DNA of 6,989 nucleotides, taken from NCBI RefSeq assembly GCF_006345805.1, contig NW_021829001.1:1-6989 (forward strand), given 5' to 3'. Made by a program: the position numbers and the translations under genes. Shown here one piece after another: positions 1-6,756 of this stretch (positions are counted from its first letter, which is position 1; the number at the start of each line of letters is the position of its first letter). The stretch comes from Octopus sinensis. Lineage: Eukaryota. The notes under the pieces are model-generated. The model saw only the letters and a list, made by a program, of their open reading frames with translations, was not told the DNA's origin and made no database searches.

Positions 1-44
1 TGAAAAAGACTAGTAACATAATGTGTGTATATTCCACTCGATAT

Positions 45-305
45 CTCAGTGGTATCGAGACGGGCGGATGTAGGACCCGTTGATTGAAATTTACGGACAT
101 TATGGTACTGCTGAACCCGCCGGAAAGTGATCAACTTGTATTTGATAGGTCTATTGCCGACTACTGCTTGACAGGAAAGAAAATCAGTTTCGTGAAGCTT
201 ACGACACTTGTCCTCTCAAGGAAACCAGCGCAATGTGTTCTACTTAAGAGTTGAGTTCCACTGCAGCAGGTGAAGAATTTCAAATATCTTGGGGCCGAAA
301 TGTAG
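45..305 (+). mobile_element. Decayed non-LTR retrotransposon reverse transcriptase fragment (RTE-clade-like), C-terminal part of the RT domain
   Basis: My translation of frame +3 gives LSGIETGGCRTR*LKFTDIMVLLNPPESDQLVFDRSIADYCLTGKKISFVKLTTLVLSRKPAQCVLLKS*VPLQQVKNFKYLGAEM*. This matches the LINE RT pattern in order and spacing: LLFADDLVLL (here LKFTDIMVLL; FTDI at 90-101), G-M-K-I-S (GKKIS, 174-188) and L-x-Q-V-x-x-FKYLG (FKYLG, 279-293). Stops at 81-83, 252-254 and 303-305. The clade assignment is from recalled RTE consensus. Confidence 0.8.
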
Positions 306-510
306 GAGGCTGAGTTAAGCGCAAACTATTATAGGAGCTGGTGCAGGGAAACCAGACATACAACATAAAGAATATTCCCCTTCTTCAGTTGTCCCTGTTT
401 CAACTTCTACACGTTCCGAAGGCAAGGACAAGACGCGACTTCGTTGAAACAATCCTTCCCGCAAAGCAAATTAAATAAAATTTGGGATTTTTTGCGAAGG
501 GTGAAAGTGA
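306..510 (+). mobile_element. Possible further-decayed continuation of the RTE-like ORF downstream of the RT core
   Basis: The same frame +3 contains FLRRV at 489-503, 70 codons after FKYLG. This resembles the EMxFLRRI/V motif that follows the RT core in RTE elements. The intervening sequence does not align convincingly. Confidence 0.3.
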
Positions 511-583
511 ATAACAAGAACAGGACAGTGAGAATAAAACTAAAAACAAACGATGAGGTCGTTAAGCCAAGACGATGGAAACT

Positions 584-607
584 ACACACCACACACACAC
601 ACACACA
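584..607. repeat. (AC)n microsatellite
   Basis: acacacc followed by (AC)8 at 591-606. Confidence 0.95.
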
Positions 608-668
608 TATATGGTGTCGCATGAAACGATCGTATTGCATTACCTCTGGATATCCTTGTTGCTTATTT

Positions 669-670
<2 letters not shown>

Positions 671-726
<56 letters not shown>

Positions 727-742
727 ATGTATATATATATAT
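671..742. repeat. (AT)n microsatellite, abutting the SINE 5' module
   Basis: Perfect (AT)26 at 671-722, then gtgtatgt(at)n to 742. Confidence 0.97.
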
Positions 743-887
743 GCGACGGTCTTCTTTCAGTTTCCGTCTACTAAATCCGTTCACAGGTTTAGGTTTTACC
801 ACAAAACACTTGCTCAAGGTGCCACGCAGCGGGACTGAACCTGGAGCTATGTGCTCGGAAGCAAGCTTCTTACCATACAGCCACGCA
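743..887 (-). mobile_element. tRNA-derived SINE, 5' module (head, core, GACGGAAACTGAAAGAAG segment)
   Basis: The minus strand reads gcgtggctgtatggtaagaagcttgcttcc...ccaggttcagtcccgctgcgtggcaccttgagcaagtg...ggatttagtagacggaaactgaaagaagaccgtcgc, then (TA)n. It has A and B boxes plus the CCTTGRGCAAG core motif (809-819). It matches an abundant octopus SINE as I recall it. Confidence 0.8.
831..883 (-). promoter_or_regulatory. RNA Pol III type 2 internal promoter of the SINE (A box 873-883, B box 831-841)
   Basis: A box TGGCTGTATGG versus consensus TGGCNNAGTGG; B box GGTTCAGTCCC versus GGTTCRANNCC; tRNA-like spacing. Confidence 0.7.
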
Positions 888-1074
888 TGTTTTTTTATTT
901 CTTTTATAAATATTTTCTTGTTTATGCCCTTTTTTTCCCTATCCTTTTAATTTTTTAGATAGAAAAATGGGAAACAAGAAGCCTTCTTCGTTTGTTTTTA
1001 ATTTCTATCTTCACAGCATCTGAAAAAGACATCTTTCAGATTGGAGGCCTGCGTGTGTTACTCTTTGTACTTAC

Positions 1075-1273
1075 AGTAAAACCACAATCATAACCTGCTA
1101 ACGAAGCATAGTGGCCATAGAAACGGATCTAGATGCATCTTCCATCTTTTACTTTGTCGACGATACTCTCATCATCATCATCATCGTCATCATCAAAGTG
1201 ATCCTGTGCGGCAACACCTTTACTAACAACAGAACCACTCTCCTCCGCTTCCTCATCGATGTTGTCGTCATCG
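1075..1273 (-). other. Candidate acidic coding exon or pseudo-exon with one in-frame TAG
   Basis: The minus frame reads DDDNIDEEAEESGSVVSKGVAAQDHFDDDDDDDDESIVDKVKDGRCI*IRFYGHYASLAGYDCGFT, followed by GTAAGT at 1074-1069 in phase 0. The acceptor is weak (tattag, AG ending at 1274). No homology recognised. Confidence 0.3.
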
Positions 1274-1277
1274 CTAA

Positions 1278-1301
1278 TACTACTACTACTACTACTACTA
1301 C
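1278..1301. repeat. (TAC)8 microsatellite leading into the AAT array
   Basis: Eight perfect TAC units. Confidence 0.95.
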
Positions 1302-1306
1302 TAATA

Positions 1307-1347
<41 letters not shown>

Positions 1348-1350
1348 AAT

Positions 1351-1392
<42 letters not shown>

Positions 1393-1415
1393 TAATAATA
1401 TATGATAATAATATG

Positions 1416-1456
<41 letters not shown>

Positions 1457-1567
1457 GATAATAATAATAATAATGATATAATAATGATAAGAATAATCAT
1501 AATAATGATATAATAATGATAATGATATGATAATAATAATAATAATAATGATATAATGATAATGATA

Positions 1568-1605
<38 letters not shown>

Positions 1606-1616
1606 TAATGTAATGA

Positions 1617-1648
<32 letters not shown>

Positions 1649-1714
1649 AAATAATATGATAATGATAATAATAATGATAATATAATAATAATAATGATAT
1701 GATAATGATAGATA

Positions 1715-1750
<36 letters not shown>

Positions 1751-1963
1751 GATAATTATAATAATAATATAATAATAATAATAATAATGATAAAATGACA
1801 ATAATACTAATAATAAATAATAATAATAATAATAATAAATAATAATAATAAAATAATAATAATAAAATAATAATAATAATAATAATGATAACGATAATAA
1901 TGATAATAATAATGATAATGACAATAATATATAATATAATAATGATAATGATAATGATAAGAC

Positions 1964-2019
<56 letters not shown>

Positions 2020-2022
2020 AAT

Positions 2023-2059
<37 letters not shown>

Positions 2060-2194
2060 AATAATAATAATGATAATAATAAGAATAATAATAATAATAA
2101 TAATAATAATATGATAATGACAATAATAATATAATATAATAATGAGAATGATGATAATGATAATAATAATAATAATATAATAATGATATGATAA

Positions 2195-2241
<47 letters not shown>

Positions 2242-2519
2242 AATAATAATCATAATAATTAATATTATAATGATAATAATAATATAATAATAATATAATA
2301 ATAATATGATAATGACAATAATAATAATAATAATAATAATAGATAATATGATAATAATAAGAATAATATAATAAGAATAAATAATATAATAATATAAAAT
2401 AATATTAATAATATGAATAATAAATAATAATAATAATCATAATGATAATGATAATGATAAGATAATAAATAATAATGATAATAATAATAATAATCATAAT
2501 AATATAATAATGTATAATG

Positions 2520-2552
<33 letters not shown>

Positions 2553-3207
2553 TAATAATAATAATGATATGATAATGATAATGATAATAATATATAATAA
2601 GAATATATAATGATAATATAATAATAATAAATAATAATAATACTATAATAATGAATGAATAAGAATAATAATATAATAATAAAATAAAATAATAATGATG
2701 ATAATAATAAAATAATAATAATAATAATAATAAATATAATGATGATAATGATAATGATAATGATAATATAATATAGAAATAATATAATAATAAATAATAA
2801 TAATGATAATGATATAATAATTAAGATAATAAGAATAATAATAATGAATAATATAATAATAATAATATAATAATAATATGATAAGGATAATGATAATGAT
2901 AATAATAAGATAATAATAATAATAAATACTAATAATAATGATATGATAATAATAATAATCAATATTAATAATAATAATAATATGATAATGATAATAATAA
3001 TATAATAATAATAATAATATAATAATAATAAAATAAGGATATATAATAATAATAATAATCATAATAATAATGATGATAATGATAATGATAATGATAGATA
3101 TTGATAATAATAATAATATAATGATAAGGATAATATAAAATAATAATAATAATAATATAATAATAATAATAATATAATGATAATGATAATGATAATAATA
3201 AGTAATA

Positions 3208-3242
<35 letters not shown>

Positions 3243-3407
3243 AATAATAATAATATAATAATAATAATGATAATAATATGATAATATAATAATAATGATA
3301 ATAATATAATAATGATAATAATAATATGATCTAGAATAATATAATGATAATAATAATGATAATAATAAGATATAAATAATAATAATAATAACAAAATAAT
3401 AATATAT

Positions 3408-3440
<33 letters not shown>

Positions 3441-3725
3441 TAATAATATGATAATGATTATAAGGATAATAATAATATATAATATAACGATAATGATAAG
3501 AATAATAATAATAATAATAATAATGATAATAATAATATAATAATAATAATAATGATAATAATAATGATAATAATAAAAATAATGATATAATAATAATAAT
3601 AATAATAATAATCATAATAATGATAATAATAATGATAATAATAATAATAATAATGATAATAATAATAATAATAATAATGAATGAAATAATAATGATAATA
3701 ATATAATAATAATAATAATAATCTA

Positions 3726-3760
<35 letters not shown>

Positions 3761-3949
3761 TGATGATAATAATAATAATAATGATGATAATAATATAATA
3801 ATAATAATAATATAATAATAATAATAATAATAATATAATGATGATGATGATGATGATAGAAAAATAATAAGAAGAATAATAATAATAATATAATAATACT
3901 AATAATGATAGGATAATAAAGAATATAATGATAATGATAATAATAATAA

Positions 3950-3996
<47 letters not shown>

Positions 3997-4004
3997 TAAT
4001 AATA

Positions 4005-4036
<32 letters not shown>

Positions 4037-4057
4037 AAAAATAATAATAATAATAAT
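1302..4057. repeat. ~2.75 kb imperfect (AAT)n/(GAT)n compound trinucleotide array
   Basis: Runs of AAT interleaved with (AATGAT)n blocks, rare AAG/AAC variants, frequent 1-2 nt register slips, and a pure (GAT)n run at about 4006-4036. It is the source of all the poly-I/Y/L ORFs in the track. Confidence 0.98.
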
Positions 4058-4122
4058 ATTGCTGCTATTTGTTTCTATACGACTTGATAATGACCAGACA
4101 GTCATGCTCCGTTCGTTTTCAC

Positions 4123-4242
4123 GGAGAGAGAGAATGAGAGAGAGAGAGAAGGACAGAGAGAGGGAGGAAAGAGAGAGAAGGAATGAGGGATAGAAAGTGT
4201 GAGTAGAAAAAGAGTGGGAGTGAAAGAATAAGAAAAGATAAA
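4123..4242. repeat. AG-rich low-complexity tract
   Basis: (GA)n runs and purine-dominated sequence on the + strand. Confidence 0.85.
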
Positions 4243-4358
4243 CTGAATTCGTCTCCGATTAATCCCCCACTCAACCCTCCAACCTCCTACACATCACATC
4301 CAGCAAAACTCCTGATAAGAGAGAACTACAACAATAAGAAGAACAAATGTATTTAGTG

Positions 4359-4505
4359 TGGATGGATGGATGGATGGATGGATGGATGGATGGATGGATG
4401 GATGGATGGATGGATGGATGGATGGATGGATGGATGGATGGATGGATGGATGGATGGATGGATGGATGGATGGGTGGTGGGTGGGTGTTTGGATGGATGG
4501 ATGGA
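4359..4505. repeat. (TGGA)n tetranucleotide microsatellite
   Basis: Perfect (TGGA)28 at 4359-4470, a TGGG/TGGT-degenerate segment, then (TGGA)4 at 4490-4505. Confidence 0.97.
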
Positions 4506-4691
4506 AAGTAACTACGGCGATCGGAGTAACTTCTCTCAACAGAGTTGGGGGTCTCCTCTGGCGATGGACAATGGGCGGGAAATGTAGTCGGACGTCTCGC
4601 TTGATGTTAGTCGGTGTTGACCCAGTGAGAAACAGCAACATCGCATTCTTCAGTATAGACATTCTGTCTGCTAATCCCCACACTGACCCGT
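4506..4691 (-). other. Unique-sequence island, candidate exon of an unidentified host gene
   Basis: The minus strand has a long CT-rich tract ending in ctctcatgtccag (AG at 4693-4692). The phase-1 frame is open across the island: (D)[62 protein letters not shown]. The island is roughly GC-balanced and retains CpGs. There is no canonical minus-strand donor, and an alternative plus-strand exon at 4543-4624 is also possible. Confidence 0.4.
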
Positions 4692-4699
4692 CTGGACAT

Positions 4700-5096
4700 G
4701 AGAGGGGGAGAGGGAGAGAGAAAAAGAGAGGGTGAAAGGGAAGCAGAAAAAAGATGATGACAGAATGAGACAGAGAGATATAAAGAAAGAACGAGAGAGG
4801 AGGAGAGAGAAAAGGAGTGGAAAACTGAGAGAGAGAATGGAGACAGAGAGAGAGAGGGAGAGAGAGAAAGAAAGAAAGAGATGAAGACTGACAGAGAAAA
4901 AGAAAGAGAGGAGGTATGAGAGAGGAAGAGAGAGAAAGAAAGAAAGAAAGAAATTAAGAGAGGCAGACTGAGAGACAGAGAGGGAAATAGAAACCGAATG
5001 GGTCAGAGAGAGAGAGAGAGAGAAAAGAGGAAAGAGGGAGAGTGGAAAACTGAGAGAAAGAGGGAGACTGATAAAGGAAGAGAAATGACAGAGATC

Positions 5097-5127
<31 letters not shown>

Positions 5128-5170
5128 ACAGTGCGAGGGGAGATGAGGAGAGACAGGAAGGGAGAATGAA
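4700..5170. repeat. ~470 bp AG-rich polypurine/polypyrimidine tract
   Basis: (GA)n, (GAAA)n and GAGG units; the + strand is strongly purine-biased. Confidence 0.9.
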
Positions 5171-5281
5171 AATTTAGAAATGTGTTCTTTTTACGCAAGT
5201 CTTCGTAGTGAAAGTTTGTTATATCTCTTATGTGGATTTGTACAGAAGAATGGTTAGTTCAACCGGAGGCCGTGGAACTCA

Positions 5282-5360
5282 ACTCTTTTACTCTTTTACC
5301 CATTTACTCTTTTACCCATATTTACTCTTTTACCCATTTCAACCTGCTGGTGGTACCGCC
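5282..5360 (-). mobile_element. SINE-like 3' terminus with tandemly repeated tail
   Basis: The minus strand reads ggcggtaccaccagca...gaaatgggtaaaagagtaaa with three copies of a 16-18 bp unit (plus strand ACTCTTTTACCCA(TA)TTT at 5290-5305, 5306-5323, 5324-5339) and a partial ACTCTTTT at 5282-5289. It resembles the GGCGGTGCTCCAGCA...GTAAAAGAG tail of octopus SINEs (recalled). Confidence 0.55.
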
Positions 5361-5610
5361 GTAATCATCTCTTGTTTGCTTGGTTTTGGGGTGTAAAGAA
5401 GAGTTCAATGTTGACGCCCTCATTTTCCATTTCTTTTCAGTGTGCTAGGTTCCTCTAGAATATTAGGTAATAGGATAATGTTTATTTGTCTCATGAAAAC
5501 ACTCACATCTTCACCATATAAATGTCTCAAGCTTTTTTTGGCAGGATATTAAAGAAGTGTGGACCACTTAAAAACCTAAACTATCGAAATTTCTTGTCCT
5601 CGTTCGAGAT

Positions 5611-5677
5611 CAATGCTTTGCAACCGGCGTGCCGCGGTGCACTGGTATGTCACGAGGCCATGCTAGGTGTATCGCAG
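5611..5677 (+). mobile_element. hAT (Buster/Charlie-like) DNA transposon left-end fragment
   Basis: TIR-like CAATGCTTTGCAACC (5611-5625) followed by three GTGTGCCGC-like subterminal motifs (5627-5635, 5645-5653, 5667-5675), the usual layout of Charlie/Buster-type ends. Confidence 0.6.
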
Positions 5678-5692
5678 TATAAACTGAATATA

Positions 5693-5865
5693 ATTCAATG
5701 CTTTAAAAATCTTATATTTTTATAATTAAATATTATTAGGAATTGTATTAAAAACATAATAATTAAAATACGATGTGCATTGAAGAATTCATTGCCAGTG
5801 CGATTTAATAACAAAATCTTATGTGGATCTCCAAGAGACATATGGACCCCGGTTGAGAAATATTA
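5693..5865 (-). mobile_element. hAT-type MITE, left portion in inverted orientation
   Basis: The minus strand starts taatatttctcaaccggggtccatatg: a TIR matching CAGTGTTTCTCAACC at 12/15 (all mismatches are transitions) followed directly by the GGGGTCCAT subterminal motif. A second variant, GGAGATCCAC, lies at 5823-5832, followed by an AT-rich body. Confidence 0.65.
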
Positions 5866-5938
5866 AGGCTTTCAAGGGTTCGACCGAGTAAAATAGGAAT
5901 GGAAGGGGTCCATTGGTAAAAAGGATTGAGAAACACTG
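5866..5938 (+). mobile_element. hAT-type MITE right end
   Basis: GGGGTCCAT at 5905-5913, a variant GGGTTCGAC at 5876-5884, and terminal GGATTGAGAAACACTG at 5923-5938 (reverse complement CAGTGTTTCTCAA...). Confidence 0.7.
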
Positions 5939-6103
5939 AAGACGAACAAATCAACCCCCGTATTTATATTTTAAAGTCTGGTACTTATTTTTTTTGTCCT
6001 ATTTTGACCAACTGCTGAGTTACGGGAACGCAAACAAACAAACACTGGTTGTCAAGCGTTCTGCATGGTGAACAAAGACAAACATAAAGACACGCACAAA
6101 CAC
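5939..6103 (-). mobile_element. SINE 3' module (same family type as 743-887), without its head
   Basis: The minus strand reads gtgtttgtgcgtgtc...cgcttgacaaccagtgtttgtttgtttgcgttcccgtaactcagcagttggtcaaaa...aataagtaccag...ggggttgatttgttcg. This matches the recalled octopus SINE 3' body (CGCTTGACAACC...CCCGTAACTTAGCGGTTCGGCAAAA...GGGGTCGATTTGTTCG). Confidence 0.65.
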
Positions 6104-6448
6104 TCAAGTAGCTTTTTTCATCCCCAGCACTTATTGCGTGCTTACTGGTTGTCTTACTAATCTTGATTACTAATAAAACTGAAGTAATACATAACCAGTA
6201 CATGTTTTTAATTGTAGTATGACCCTCCTATAATACCACAATATCTGTTCCTATATATAATTTCACATCACGGATCTTGGAAAATAAATTCAAGAACAAA
6301 ATATTTTGATATAAAAATTATTTTAAATGTTTCTTCTACTGACGTCCCTAAATAACCTTTTTAACATACATATATAAGTATTTCAATGACATGGGAGGGA
6401 AATAAGAAAAGAGAGTCTGCTCTGGAAATAACTTTAAAATCAATTCGT

Positions 6449-6486
6449 TATGGAAGCAGTATTAGTCTATGGAAGCAGTAATAGTC
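6449..6486. repeat. 19 bp tandem duplication
   Basis: TATGGAAGCAGTATTAGTC (6449-6467) and TATGGAAGCAGTAATAGTC (6468-6486), one mismatch. Confidence 0.9.
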
Positions 6487-6756
6487 TATAACAGCAATAT
6501 GTGTATCATACTTCAGGCAAATACGCTGTAGAAAGTCAGAAAACTATGGCATGTGACTCGAGAAAATATTTTTAAAGACATCAGTAGCGTCCATATTTTA
6601 CATGGCCGGTTGTGTAACGTTCGTAAATTTAAGCAAATGCTAATGGTGTCCATTTTTTTTTTTTTGTCTTACTCTACTGGTTTGAAATTTTGACTCAAGG
6701 CCAACAATTTCAAGGGTTGTTTTTTATATTAATAACGAGAAGGTTGTAAGCAACAC

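Noticed and set aside
37-59. Hairpins CTCGATA/TATCGAG (37-59) and ATCTGAAA/TTTCAGAT (1018-1041)
   Set aside because: Stems of 7-8 bp are expected by chance in 7 kb, and there is no supporting context.
743-887. Functional tRNA genes at the two A/B-box loci (also 6757-6815)
   Set aside because: No complete cloverleaf or acceptor stem, and each continues into a SINE core instead of a T-run terminator.
407-950. ORFs 407-817, 575-838 and 723-950
   Set aside because: They span (AT)n, (AC)n and SINE sequence, with no protein-like content.
1301-4193. The many poly-Ile/Tyr/Leu/His ORFs (e.g. 1301-1924, 1497-2123, 2405-2962) and the poly-Met ORF 3993-4193
   Set aside because: They are translations of the AAT/GAT array; the ATT/ATC strand lacks stops by composition.
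4471-4492. G-quadruplex at the TGGG-degenerate end of the TGGA array
   Set aside because: Only three GGG runs; does not meet the canonical four-run pattern.
4617-4677. Resemblance of [19 protein letters not shown] to nuclear-receptor LBD or HECT segments; also [12 protein letters not shown] on + (about 4560-4600) to the iGluR WNGMVG motif
   Set aside because: Only a few residues match, key conserved positions are missing, and flanking motifs are absent.
1075-4691. Two-exon minus-strand gene joining the 4691 island to the 1273 island
   Set aside because: There is no credible phase-2 donor in the upstream island to match the downstream acceptor phase.
4294-4735. MDGW and HPSI repeat proteins
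   Set aside because: They are translations of (TGGA)n; only the unique 4506-4691 part is worth considering.
4671-5198. 175 aa S/L/F-rich membrane-like ORF
   Set aside because: It is a translation of the CT-rich strand of the AG tract.
5282-5339. CRISPR-like array from the short direct repeats (also 6449-6486)
   Set aside because: The units are adjacent with no unique spacers, the context is eukaryotic, and there are no cas genes.
5522-5725. 67 aa ORF 5522-5725, plus ORFs 5208-5396 and 5985-6203
   Set aside because: They run through hAT or SINE sequence, are short, and contain no recognisable motifs.
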